Positions 1 through 9,480 of a DNA stretch of 64,000 bases are shown here, in pieces. The notes under the pieces are model-generated. The model was not told the DNA's origin, did not search any database, and worked only from the letters and a program-made list of their open reading frames with translations. How positions within the stretch are numbered: the first letter of the stretch is position 1; each line of letters begins with the position of its first letter. The position numbers were made by a program, and so were the translations under genes. This DNA is from an uncultured delta proteobacterium (lineage in GTDB: Bacteria > Desulfobacterota > Binatia > Bin18): NCBI GenBank assembly GCA_963733195.1, contig CAVTCR010000071.1:64001-128000 (forward strand), in the 5' to 3' direction.

Positions 1-18
1 CAGCAAAGCATCGACTCA

Positions 19-389
19 TCAGCCCATTTGTTTAGTGAAGCCCCCCAGGTCAAAGTAGTCACGCCATGCAGAAATTTTACCATTGGTGATCTCAAATACG
101 CCAGCAACTGGAAGCTCGATCTTCTTCGGTCCCATGACAAAGCGGTCAACCCGTTCGTTCATGACGACCTTCCCGGCTGAAGTGGTGTGCTTAATCTCAA
201 AATGTGCTTCCTGCGCGCCCTTCAGGAAAGGTTCGACAAACTTGCGAATGGCCGCTTTGCCAACCAGGGTTCCATCGGAATATTGTGATAGAAACAGTCA
301 TCCGTGAGGTATGAAAGAACCTCGTCCGTATTCAGCCGCGACCATGCTCGACAAAAATCAGTCACTAGTTTTTCATTCTCAGCACTCAT
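19..389 (-). CDS. Limonene-1,2-epoxide hydrolase / SnoaL-like protein (one apparent frameshift near 268)
   Basis: Manual translation: MSAENEKLVTDFCRAWSRL...YHNIPMEP, shift in a C-run, then VGKAAIRKF...VMNERVDRF...LPVAGVFEI.NGKISAWRDYFD. AAGGAGG RBS upstream; stop overlaps next ATG (TGATG). Confidence 0.8.
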
Positions 390-517
390 CGGAAATCCTC
401 CTTATTGAAGAGTTACTGCCCCGCAGGGTCAGCGCTTAGCGAGCCTTACTTTTCTTATCGGAAATGTCTTACCACTGACAAGCCTATGACGGCAAGGGAA
501 GTATGGGCCGAGTTCTC

Positions 518-546
518 TTGACGCTATTCCGAGGCTTCTCTACCTT
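518..546 (+). promoter_or_regulatory. Putative sigma70 promoter of the DSP gene (likely leaderless transcript)
   Basis: TTGACG-17 nt-TACCTT ending 5 nt before ATG 552; no SD sequence upstream. Confidence 0.5.
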
Positions 547-551
547 ACCCC

Positions 552-1067
552 ATGTCCGATTTCTACAATCCCTTTACTCCTGCAACAGGTGATAGCCGTG
601 GCCGTCGACCGGAGGTCAGCGAAATTCTTCCGACCTTATTTGTCGGCGAATACCCACGCGTTGAGGACATTGCTTGGCTGAAACAAGAATTCAGCATCTC
701 GGCGGTGTTCAGCCTCCAAGACAATGACGACCTGCAAGCCAAAGGACTTACCCTGCATACACTAAGAAACGAATGTGCGCGTCATCAGGTAGAGTTTCGT
801 CGCACAGCAGTCGCTGATTTCAATTGTCAGAGCCTCGCTGTCGCTCTTCCTTCTGCCCTGCAAGAGTTACATGCGCTGGCACAGGATGCACATACGACAT
901 TCCTGCACTGCAATGCCGGGTGCAATCGTGCGCCTACGCTCGCCATTGCCTACTTACATGCTTATCACAACATGACACTAGAGGAGGCGCGCGATTTCTT
1001 CAAAGCCCGTCGCCCCTGTGGTCCGTATATGGAAGTGCTGTATCAGCACTTTGGGCGGTCAGTATAA
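552..1067 (+). CDS. Dual-specificity phosphatase, laforin/SEX4/LSF2 (glucan phosphatase)-like
   Basis: HCNAGCNR (HCx5R) loop, ADFN acid loop, RAP..AIAYL and RPCGP motifs. Confidence 0.8.
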   Translation: MSDFYNPFTPATGDSRGRRPEVSEILPTLFVGEYPRVEDIAWLKQEFSISAVFSLQDNDDLQAKGLTLHTLRNECARHQVEFRRTAVADFNCQSLAVALPSALQELHALAQDAHTTFLHCNAGCNRAPTLAIAYLHAYHNMTLEEARDFFKARRPCGPYMEVLYQHFGRSV

Positions 1068-1077
1068 ATCGGTTATC

Positions 1078-2271
1078 TTAAAAAAAAGACGCAAAAATCG
1101 AGTCAGCAAGGAAAAGTCCTCGTTCGCTCAGCTTTATCTTGCCCTCATCCTGTGTCAGTAAACCATCAGTAACCAAGGTATCCACTTGCGGAAATGTCTC
1201 GCGCAAATCTACGCCGAATCGCTCAGCGAAAGCCGCGGGAAGAAATCCTTCGAGCTGACGGAGATTGAGAAAAACGAATTCACTCATTGCCTGTGCGCGG
1301 GTCAGCGTTTCTTCGGCGTTCTTTGCATCACCAGGAAGGACCGCCTTCTCCATATAGCGTCGTGGGCTACGCTCATTGCTCCATCGTTTTCCCCAGTCTG
1401 GTTCGTTCGCGTATGAATGCGAACCGGCTCCCAGCCCCAGATAACTGATCCCTTTCCAATAATTGGCGTTGTGACGTGAGGTGAAATCAGGTCGCGCAAA
1501 ACTGGAAATCTCGTAATGGTCATATTCGGCGCGTTTACATAGCTCTTGCACCAGAGCGTACATCTCGACTTCTTCATCTTCACTCACCGCTTGGAGCTTG
1601 CCTTTCTTTCTCATGGAAAAGAACGGCGTGCGTTCTTCATAGGTGAGGCAGTAAGTAGACAGGTGGGTTGGTGCATACGCTACAGCTTGTGCGACATCGT
1701 CGGCTAACATGTCGAGGGTCTGCCCTGGCACGGCAAATATGAGGTCAAGACTGACATTACGAAATCCTGCATCCCGTACCCAGGAGAGAGAATTCTGCGC
1801 GTCGTCTACCGTATGCAGTCTGCCGAGCGTCTTGAGTACTGGAGCTTGAAATGATTGCACGCCGAAGCTGAGACGATTCACACCGATGGCGCGATACCCT
1901 GCGAGTTTTTCGTACGAGACCGAAGCTGGATCGGCTTCGAGCGTGATTTCTACCTCTGGAACAATAGAGCAATGCTCAGCCACATAGTTCAGGAACCGCT
2001 CGATAGAAGCCGGAGCGAACAATGAGGGGGTGCCCCCACCAAAGTAGATCGTCTCAATAGATTGTTCGTCCCAGGGAGGTTGAGTGAGGTAATGACGAAA
2101 TTCAGCACACAGGGCGTCAATATATTGTTCTTCCGGCCATCGCTTTGCTGCATAGACGTTAAAGTCGCAGTAAGGACATTTGACGAGGCAGTAAGGGATG
2201 TGGAGGTAGAGAGAGAAAACTCTGGGGATTGGGGATTGGGGATTGGGGGTTAGGGAAGAATAAGAATCCAC
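1078..2271 (-). CDS. hemW: Radical SAM heme chaperone HemW (HemN-like)
   Basis: LYLHIPYC..KCPYCDFN, YFGGGTPS, YEISSFA, HNANYW, YLGLGAGSHS. Start taken as GTG 2271 after AAAGGGA (ORF extends to 2316). Confidence 0.9.
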   Translation of the reverse strand: MDSYSSLTPNPQSPIPRVFSLYLHIPYCLVKCPYCDFNVYAAKRWPEEQYIDALCAEFRHYLTQPPWDEQSIETIYFGGGTPSLFAPASIERFLNYVAEHCSIVPEVEITLEADPASVSYEKLAGYRAIGVNRLSFGVQSFQAPVLKTLGRLHTVDDAQNSLSWVRDAGFRNVSLDLIFAVPGQTLDMLADDVAQAVAYAPTHLSTYCLTYEERTPFFSMRKKGKLQAVSEDEEVEMYALVQELCKRAEYDHYEISSFARPDFTSRHNANYWKGISYLGLGAGSHSYANEPDWGKRWSNERSPRRYMEKAVLPGDAKNAEETLTRAQAMSEFVFLNLRQLEGFLPAAFAERFGVDLRETFPQVDTLVTDGLLTQDEGKIKLSERGLFLADSIFASFF

Positions 2272-2321
2272 AGAAGTTGTCCCTTTTTTAACCAGCCCCC
2301 AGCCCCTAACCCCCAACCCCT
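2222..2321. repeat. Heptamer tandem-repeat hairpin at lexA-hemW junction
   Basis: (GGGGATT)x3-4 arm and complementary (CCCC-AG/-TAA) 7-nt arm separated by ~45 nt. Confidence 0.8.
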
Positions 2322-2931
2322 ATTTTCCATACTTCCGCAGCACCGCCACCACCACCCCGCGAATCTCTACATCTTTCCCGCGTGCAATAATCGGTTGCAT
2401 TTGCGCATTGGCAGGCTGTAACCGCACGCGACCGCCGCGATCAGGAAAGAACTTCTTCACTGTGGCTTCACCATTCACCAGCGCCACCACCGTTTCTCCA
2501 GCTTGCGCAGTCGGTCGTTGTTCAATCACGATATAGTCGCCATCAAGGATGCCCTCTTCAATCATGGATTCGCCTTTTACTCGTAAGGCAAATGCAGCGT
2601 GTGAGCGACGAACAAACTCTGTTGGTACAGAAAGCGTATCGTTTGTCTCGATGACCTCAATCGGTGCCCCGGCTGCAACTCGGCCAAGGAGCGGGAGTTC
2701 GATCGATTCAGCGGACTTTCGTTGCACCGGAATTTCAATCGCACGACTCAAATTCCACTTGCGGGTGATCACCCCCTTCATCTCAAGATTGGTAAGATGC
2801 TTATGCACGGTTGCGAGCGAAGAGAGACCAAAGTGCACGCCGATCTCTTCGAGTGTCGGCGCATAGCCGTGGGCTGCAATATGTTCTTGTAAGTAGTCCC
2901 ACATTTCCTTTTGTCGCCGGGTCAAAATCAT
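2320..2931 (-). CDS. lexA: SOS repressor LexA
   Basis: LTRRQ...GYAPTLEEI HTH, VAAG cleavage site, GESM catalytic Ser, ATVK catalytic Lys. Confidence 0.97.
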   Translation of the reverse strand: MILTRRQKEMWDYLQEHIAAHGYAPTLEEIGVHFGLSSLATVHKHLTNLEMKGVITRKWNLSRAIEIPVQRKSAESIELPLLGRVAAGAPIEVIETNDTLSVPTEFVRRSHAAFALRVKGESMIEEGILDGDYIVIEQRPTAQAGETVVALVNGEATVKKFFPDRGGRVRLQPANAQMQPIIARGKDVEIRGVVVAVLRKYGK

Positions 2932-2959
2932 AACTACCTCCAGAAGTAGTTATGCCAGC

Positions 2960-2974
2960 GAACAAAAAGCGAAT
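2960..2974 (-). promoter_or_regulatory. Putative LexA box, GTTC-N7-GTTC type (ATTC-N7-GTTC)
   Basis: GAAC-AAAAAGC-GAAT on + strand, ~30 bp upstream of the lexA start. Confidence 0.55.
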
Positions 2975-3039
2975 CAAGCCTGAGCAGGAGAGATTTTCTT
3001 ACCGCCCTGAATCTGGAAGAATAAAGGGCTAGAGGTGTC

Positions 3040-4183
3040 ATGCGAATCGTCAACAATAATATTGGAAAATTTTCACTCCGCTTGTTGTTCCTCCTAGTGC
3101 TCATGCTCATCTTGTCGGGCGTGCTCGCGTACAGTCGGCGGGCACCATCCCTTGATGCCATCAAACTGCCACCAGGATTTGCTATTAATGTCTACGCTAA
3201 TGATGTTCCTAGTGCACGTCAGATGGCACTCGGTTCACGTGGGACGGTCTTTGTCGGCTCAAATACAGGAAGCATCTTTGCTGTCGTTGATCGCAATCAA
3301 GATCATCAAGCAGATCAAGTCCTTACCATCGCCACAGGCTTAAACCGTGCAAGTGGCGTGGCCTTCCGCGATGGGGCGCTGTACGTCGCAGAGATTCATC
3401 GCGTGCTTCGTTTCGATCAGATTGAGGACCAGCTTGAAAAGCCGCCGCAGCCAGTCGTCGTCAATGGCAGTCTGCCCAGTGATCGGTGGCACGGCTGGAA
3501 GTTTATTGCCTTTGGGCCGGACGGTTTGCTGTATGTCCCCGTCGGTGCCCCTTGTAACGTTTGCGAACGTGAGGAGCCTTACGCCACCATTCTGCGCATG
3601 AAACCGGACGGCAGTAATATCGAGGTTTTTGCACGCGGGATTCGCAATACGGTCGGGTTTGACTGGCATCCGACCGGAAAAGAGTTGTGGTTCACCGACA
3701 ATGGACGGGACATGCTCGGGGAGAACATACCACCAGACGAACTCAACCGCGCGGCAAAACAAGGGCTGCATTTTGGTTTCCCCTATTGTCATGCCGGCGA
3801 AATTCCTGACCCCGAATTTGGCCGCCAACGCAAATGCGACGAGCTTCATCGCACCAGCGCAGAAGCTTGGCCCGCACGTCGCAGCCATCGGCATGCGCTT
3901 TTACACCGGGACCATGTTTCCACAGGAGTATCGCAACCAGATTTTCATTGCCGAACACGGCTCATGGAACCGCTCCGAACCGATCGGCTACCGAGTCTCA
4001 TTGGTTCGCCTCGATGATACAGGAACCCGCGCGGTGAAATACGAAACCTTCGCTGACGGCTGGTTACAAAATGGGCGTGCAGGGGGCCGTCCAGCTGACG
4101 TTCTGGTCATGCCCGACGGCGCGCTTCTGGTGTCAGATGACCAAGCCGACGCGATTTACCGGATTAGTTATAAAGAAAGATAA
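3040..4183 (+). CDS. Sorbosone/PQQ-dependent sugar dehydrogenase family beta-propeller (frameshift ~3845)
   Basis: Signal peptide; KLPPGF, FGPDG.LYV, GIRNTVGFDWHP, DNGRD in ORF 3040-4017, continued by AEHGSWNR, GRPADV, LLVSDD in ORF 3629-4183. Confidence 0.85.
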
Positions 4184-4339
4184 AGGCTCACGGTTTCATC
4201 CCTTCCCTGCGAATTGCTCCTTATACAGGCGGCGTCACCGCTCAGAAACGAAGCGACTGTATTTCACGATCACGCATGAGTTTTGGATTGAACTATGCAG
4301 TGTAATCAGTGCAATCGAGGTTGGGCCTATTTGCCTCGC

Positions 4340-6211
4340 TTATCCTGAACTGGCCAAGCGATAATACTCACTGTGCTGTTCGAATAACTTCTCAGCGGGA
4401 CCAGCTTCTGCGACTTGTCCGTGCTTCAACACGACAATTTGATCGGCACTTTTAATCGTTGACAGTCGATGCGCAATGATTATTACCGTTCGCCCCTGAC
4501 TCAGCTCGACAATTGCCTTGTGAATACGACGCTCGGTCTGCGCATCAAGTGCACTCGTCGCCTCGTCCAGGATCAAAACCTGCGGATCACATAAGATGGC
4601 TCTCGCAATCGAGAGCCGTTGTCGCTGTCCGCCGGAGAGCTTTACTCCACGATCGCCGATAGAGGTATCATAGCCGTTGGGCAATTCCATGATGAACTCA
4701 TGCGCTCCGGCTCTCTTCGCCGCGTTAATAATATGTTCTTCCGAGGGTACGCCCTCTGCACTAAAAGCGATGTTATACTTAACAGTGTTGTTAAAGAGAA
4801 ATGTATCCTGACTGACAACCCCAATCTGGCGATGATAGGACTCAAGTTGAAAGCGTGGCAGTGGCTCACCATCAAAGAGAATTTCTCCCTGTTGTGGGTC
4901 ATAGAAGCGTAGCAACAAATGCGCGATCGTCGATTTCCCAGTGCCAGATTCACCGATAATAGCGGTGATCTTGCTAGCAGGAATAGAGAAACTCACGTCT
5001 CGCAACACTGGCGTCTCGTGACCAGGGTAGGCAAATGTCACATTACGGAATTGAATTTCGCGTCGAACGCCCGGGAAAACGTTTTTCCCATCGGGAATGA
5101 ACGGTTTGTTATCTTCCCGGAGTAATTCATAGACCAAGCCAACCTGAGGCCATTGTCCAATAATCTCCACTCGTTGGTTATTGAGGATTTTCAAGAGCGG
5201 CACCATGCGTAGCAGCACATACATAAAGGGAAGCAGTTGTGTCAGCATGAGAGTCGTGTCCATCCTGTAGAGATGCAAGGCAAAAACGCATAAGACGGCA
5301 ACCGCAATGGTTGCATATGCGTCGGTGATCGGATGGATTGAAAAGATTTTGAACCGACGCTGGTTCTCTATTTTGCGACTCGCTTCAATGTGCCTCCCTA
5401 TCCAGGACAAGTAGCGCTGCTCTTGGCTATAGGATTTGATCAGCTGAATCCCACTCAGCGATTCATGTACGGCACTTACGACCTCACGATTGGTTGCTGC
5501 TGCCGTTCTTCCCAAACGCGAAAGGCTCTTCGTGTGCCGGTGCATAAACACGAAAAACACGATGCCTATCAAGACCGTGACTGCCATGAGCTGCCACGAC
5601 AAGAGAAACAGCAGGAGCAGTAACACAAGGAACGTGAACATATTGGCGATAAACTCGATGGAATATCTGAGGGCGAGTTCTACCCCCGCTGGGTTATACA
5701 CAGCTCGATCAATGAGATCTCCGGCACGAGATTTATGGTGAAATGCGATACTTACAGTGAGGAGGAGTCGCATGGCACGCAGGCGCAAATCTGCCAGCAG
5801 GCGCGTGGATAGCCAATGACCTAAACGAATGGCTATCACCAAGAACGTATTTTTGAGTAGGCTCGCGGCAACCACAACACCGATTGCCAGATAAATTTGG
5901 TGCTCGACCTGGTAGGGCTTGAAGAACGTGGCCAGCCACTGAAAAACACCCGGCAAATCGTGTGTGTTTTGCATGTTTTGCACACTACTCAACAGCGGCA
6001 CAAAAATACCAATGGAGAGACCGTCGAAGCCAGAGGCGAGAATAGAAAAGACAATCACCAAAATGGCAATGTGCTTGTAGGGACGAATCACGTTAAAAAG
6101 GAATTTTGCTTTAGTCGACGTGTCCGGTTTCATAGTGTGAGTATTACGAGGCGCAGGGCTCAAATCTTTGTCAGTCATAGGGCTCGTTGAGATATAGCTT
6201 GCGCGTGGCAA
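4340..6211 (-). CDS. ABC transporter, fused permease/ATPase (MsbA/HepA-like exporter)
   Basis: TM domain, Walker A GESGTGKS, signature LSGGQRQR, ILDEATSALD, AHRLST. Confidence 0.9.
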   Translation of the reverse strand: MPRASYISTSPMTDKDLSPAPRNTHTMKPDTSTKAKFLFNVIRPYKHIAILVIVFSILASGFDGLSIGIFVPLLSSVQNMQNTHDLPGVFQWLATFFKPYQVEHQIYLAIGVVVAASLLKNTFLVIAIRLGHWLSTRLLADLRLRAMRLLLTVSIAFHHKSRAGDLIDRAVYNPAGVELALRYSIEFIANMFTFLVLLLLLFLLSWQLMAVTVLIGIVFFVFMHRHTKSLSRLGRTAAATNREVVSAVHESLSGIQLIKSYSQEQRYLSWIGRHIEASRKIENQRRFKIFSIHPITDAYATIAVAVLCVFALHLYRMDTTLMLTQLLPFMYVLLRMVPLLKILNNQRVEIIGQWPQVGLVYELLREDNKPFIPDGKNVFPGVRREIQFRNVTFAYPGHETPVLRDVSFSIPASKITAIIGESGTGKSTIAHLLLRFYDPQQGEILFDGEPLPRFQLESYHRQIGVVSQDTFLFNNTVKYNIAFSAEGVPSEEHIINAAKRAGAHEFIMELPNGYDTSIGDRGVKLSGGQRQRLSIARAILCDPQVLILDEATSALDAQTERRIHKAIVELSQGRTVIIIAHRLSTIKSADQIVVLKHGQVAEAGPAEKLFEQHSEYYRLASSG

Positions 6212-6344
6212 AAGGCCGGCCTTAAATCAGACGTCAAAAGATTCGTACACTACACTACGCCTTTTTCGCTAGTCGTTATTTTTGCAACGACCCCACAAAT
6301 TTTTCGATCCTTGAAGAGTTTAGCCAGGCTGCATAATCTCAGCA

Positions 6345-7586
6345 TCAATAAAACGCCATACTGGCAAAACTCACTGCTGACTGCGGTGCGGTCTCAGCAT
6401 AGGCATACTTCAATAACTTGCCCTGTTTCGCATTGACGAGATGTAAGAATGTGTATATCGGCGCAAAGCCGCAGATGCGACGTTGATCACCGTTCTTGGC
6501 AATCTCAGCAAAGAAATTCGCATGATCAACACTCTCTAACGCCTGAATCAGTCGCCGGTCTTCACTTTCCACCCAATTGAGAAAGTCTTGTGTCAGTGGT
6601 TCCTTATCTCCGAATTTTTGCCCCACGTGGGCAAAATCGACTCCCGCCACAAAGCAGACTTTCTTGCCACACTGTGCAATTGTCTCTCTGAGCGCATTAA
6701 GGAATGTGGCAACACGTGGGGTCTCGGCTGGCGATGTCTTGGTAAGAATCATGTGATGAAACGAGGTCACGAGGATGGGAACGATCGCAAACTCGCGGGT
6801 CTTGCCGAAGACGTATTGTAAGAACAGCGACTGAAACTCCAGCGAATGCTCGGTACGATGGATGATCTCACTGGCCAAGAGGTCTTCCCCATAATTCTGC
6901 TGGAGTGAACGAATAAACTCACGGTCAGTTCTTACCGGACCGAGCGGTGTGTTGTAATCTTTGTCGGTCCCGACAAAAAGATCCTCGGCTCCATAATGCG
7001 ACGTTCCAAGTAAGATAAATAATTCAGCATCGCATCGTTCGGCCAACTCTTTGTATCCCCAGGCGTACGCTGCCCCACCGACTCGCAGATCGATATGTGG
7101 AACGATCAGTCCACGGACTGGCGGAAGCGACTCGTTGCCAACGTCTGGCATGCCCGGTCCTGCAGCTCCGGTGAACAAAGCAGTGGCTTGCTCATGAAAC
7201 ACCTCTGGCTGCGATGAGTAACAGGTATCCGCATGGGCCATTTCACGAATAGACGACCGTCGGAACGCCGCGTGAATTTCGCCTTGGAACACAGCAAATC
7301 GTGGACTGTCGAGGTAGTAGTACTCGTCGAGCTGCCACACGAGATCGTGAATCTGTTCACGTGGAAGAATCTGGCCAAATTGTTTGGCGAACGCTTCTTG
7401 GATATCGACCAGCGAATGCTGCCCATCGAAGTGACTAATGATGAAATAGGTTGGATAGGGCAACAGCAGTGGGGTCTGAGCGTAGCTCAATGGATCACGG
7501 ATATACATCCGTGTCCGGCCTCCTTCTTCGATAGGAACTGCTTCGATATACCGTAGGCGGGGATAGTCTAAGGGCACAATATGCAC
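6345..7586 (-). CDS. AmmeMemoRadiSam system protein B (MEMO1 family) with N-terminal extension
   Basis: GLIVPHID, LGTSH, TPLG, EHSLEFQ, DFAHVG, ICG motifs. Confidence 0.85.
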   Translation of the reverse strand: MHIVPLDYPRLRYIEAVPIEEGGRTRMYIRDPLSYAQTPLLLPYPTYFIISHFDGQHSLVDIQEAFAKQFGQILPREQIHDLVWQLDEYYYLDSPRFAVFQGEIHAAFRRSSIREMAHADTCYSSQPEVFHEQATALFTGAAGPGMPDVGNESLPPVRGLIVPHIDLRVGGAAYAWGYKELAERCDAELFILLGTSHYGAEDLFVGTDKDYNTPLGPVRTDREFIRSLQQNYGEDLLASEIIHRTEHSLEFQSLFLQYVFGKTREFAIVPILVTSFHHMILTKTSPAETPRVATFLNALRETIAQCGKKVCFVAGVDFAHVGQKFGDKEPLTQDFLNWVESEDRRLIQALESVDHANFFAEIAKNGDQRRICGFAPIYTFLHLVNAKQGKLLKYAYAETAPQSAVSFASMAFY

Positions 7587-7647
7587 TCCTTCAGCCGTAA
7601 CAGTGAGAGGGTACCCTAATGGGTTTCGCTCCAGGGATCAAGTTTCC

Positions 7648-7677
7648 TTGACAGCCGTATGCGAAGAAAAATATAGT
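7648..7677 (+). promoter_or_regulatory. Putative sigma70 promoter of LLM oxidoreductase
   Basis: TTGACA-18 nt-TATAGT followed by AGGAGG RBS and ATG 7706. Confidence 0.65.
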
Positions 7678-7705
7678 CCTTTCGCTCACAAAAGAAGGAG
7701 GCGTT

Positions 7706-8593
7706 ATGAAATTCGCAGTCAGTGGTGTTGGTAGTGGCTCAACTGCCCGGCCAGAATTATTAGTACAGGTCGCACAAAAAGCTGAGGCGCTCGGATTTGA
7801 ATCGGCATGGATTCCTGAACATCTCGCGGTACCGGTCACCATCACCAGCCGTTACCCATATTCTGCTGATGGCAAATTTCCCGGCGGCCCAGGTGCGGCC
7901 CTGCATGATCCCTTCGTCGCACTCGGTTTCGTTGCGGCCAGTACAAAGACGATAAAACTCGGAACAGGCGTGTTCGTGCTCCCACTGCGCAATCCTCTCG
8001 CGGTCGCCAAAGCGGCTGCCAGCGTCGATGTCCTTTCTCAAGGACGACTCTTGTTTGGGGTTGGCATTGGTTGGTGTGAAGACGAGTTTAATGCAATAGG
8101 CATGTCATTTAAGGACCGTGCAGCACGGAGTCGTGAATCTATTGCGATGATGAAAGCGCTGTGGAGCGACGAAACGCCACAATTCTCAGGTCGCTTCCAT
8201 AGTTTTGCGCCGGTTGGGTTCAACCCGAAACCCATCCAGAAGCCGCATCCGCCGATCATTTTTGGTGGGGAAAGCCGTCCCGCCCTGAAGCGAGTCGCTG
8301 AATTAGGCGATGGCTGGTTCGGCTTTCGTTATACACCCGAATCACTGAAACCCCAACTTACACTGTTGAAAGAGTTGACCGAGAAAGCGGGTCGCTCATT
8401 TTCACAAATTGAGATTACCATTGCACCCCAACCCGGACTCCAACTCACACTTGACGTCGTGAAACAGTTTGCTGATGCGGGCGTCCATCGGCTGATGACC
8501 TTTGCGCCTGGCTTCATTCCCCGAGCAAAATTTGACAGCGAGTTGTACCCACAGATGGAAAAGTTTGCCAACGAGGTAATCGCCAAAGCGTAA
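7706..8593 (+). CDS. LLM-class (F420-dependent type) oxidoreductase
   Basis: AEALGFESAWIPEH, DPFVAL, LGTGVFVLPLRNP, GRLLFGVGIGW, PKPIQKPHPPI. Confidence 0.9.
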   Translation: MKFAVSGVGSGSTARPELLVQVAQKAEALGFESAWIPEHLAVPVTITSRYPYSADGKFPGGPGAALHDPFVALGFVAASTKTIKLGTGVFVLPLRNPLAVAKAAASVDVLSQGRLLFGVGIGWCEDEFNAIGMSFKDRAARSRESIAMMKALWSDETPQFSGRFHSFAPVGFNPKPIQKPHPPIIFGGESRPALKRVAELGDGWFGFRYTPESLKPQLTLLKELTEKAGRSFSQIEITIAPQPGLQLTLDVVKQFADAGVHRLMTFAPGFIPRAKFDSELYPQMEKFANEVIAKA

Positions 8594-8613
8594 AGGCCGG
8601 GAAGTGCAAAAAT

Positions 8614-8644
8614 AAAAACGGCGGCCTTTTGAGGTCGCCGTTTC
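8614..8644. terminator. Bidirectional intrinsic terminator between convergent genes
   Basis: AAAAACGGCGGCCT-TTTG-AGGTCGCCGTTT stem with A/T tracts. Confidence 0.75.
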
Positions 8645-8672
8645 GTCAGCTGAAGAGCAGGAAAGAAACAGC

Positions 8673-9332
8673 CTAGGCCGTTTTCTTTCGTTTCCAGAGT
8701 GCAAGACCAACTAAACCTGAGCCGAATAGCAACAATGAACCAGGCTCTGGAACAACTTGTTGGGTCGCCTGCTGTACATTCAGAATGTCAAAAGCCCAGG
8801 CGTTGGTCCGCTGGAATCCGTCGAAATCGAAAAACGAGCCAGAACCAGGGCCAAAATCTACCCCGGTAAAATTTCCCTCGCCTTGCCTATCAAAACCGTC
8901 CGCCAGAGTTGGGCCAGTGGCAAAGTTGTCAAATTGCATGACGCTCACGGTATAGGTCCCAGCCACCAAAGCGGCTTGGAGGAACGAATCGAATCTCACG
9001 CCAGTCGTCGGGTCTATACCACGTCGGGAAAGGACGCCATCGTCATTTTCGTCATCGATAAATGTTCCAGTGCTATCAAAGAGTGCCAGGATAGGGTCGA
9101 ATCCTCCAGCGGGAATCACCGCGCCCGCGGCATTAGTTCCCCCAGCGTAGGAATACGTGAGCAGGGTGACTGTCGACAGAGCCCCAACGACGAATGAGAA
9201 TAACTGTACATCGTCGTCCTGAGTGAAAATGCCTGTAAAAGAGAAATTGGCCGCCTGGGCAGCGCCCATACTGGCAAAGAAGGAAACAAGCACGAATGTG
9301 AGTACACCATGAAACCATTTGCAGCGCTGCAT
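8673..9332 (-). CDS. PEP-CTERM sorting-domain surface protein (DVUA0089-like)
   Basis: Signal peptide ending AQA; C-terminal VPEPGSLLLFGSGLVGLALWKRKK. Start ATG 9332 after GAAGGAAGGG. Confidence 0.9.
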   Translation of the reverse strand: MQRCKWFHGVLTFVLVSFFASMGAAQAANFSFTGIFTQDDDVQLFSFVVGALSTVTLLTYSYAGGTNAAGAVIPAGGFDPILALFDSTGTFIDDENDDGVLSRRGIDPTTGVRFDSFLQAALVAGTYTVSVMQFDNFATGPTLADGFDRQGEGNFTGVDFGPGSGSFFDFDGFQRTNAWAFDILNVQQATQQVVPEPGSLLLFGSGLVGLALWKRKKTA

Positions 9333-9463
9333 ACACCCTTCCTTCGTACGAATGATACCTTGCCTCAACTCATGAGCGTCTTCTGGCATATAGGGGTATA
9401 GAAAATTCAGTTCCTATTTGGCCAACGACCACTATTGCTTCAACCATGGCTTTTATTCAATCT

Positions 9464-9480
9464 AGCAAAAATTACACCAA
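9464..9480 (-). promoter_or_regulatory. Sigma54 (-24/-12) promoter of the PEP-CTERM gene
   Basis: TTGGTGTAATTTTTGCT: GG-N10-GC spacing matches TGGCACG-N4-TTGC. Confidence 0.6.
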
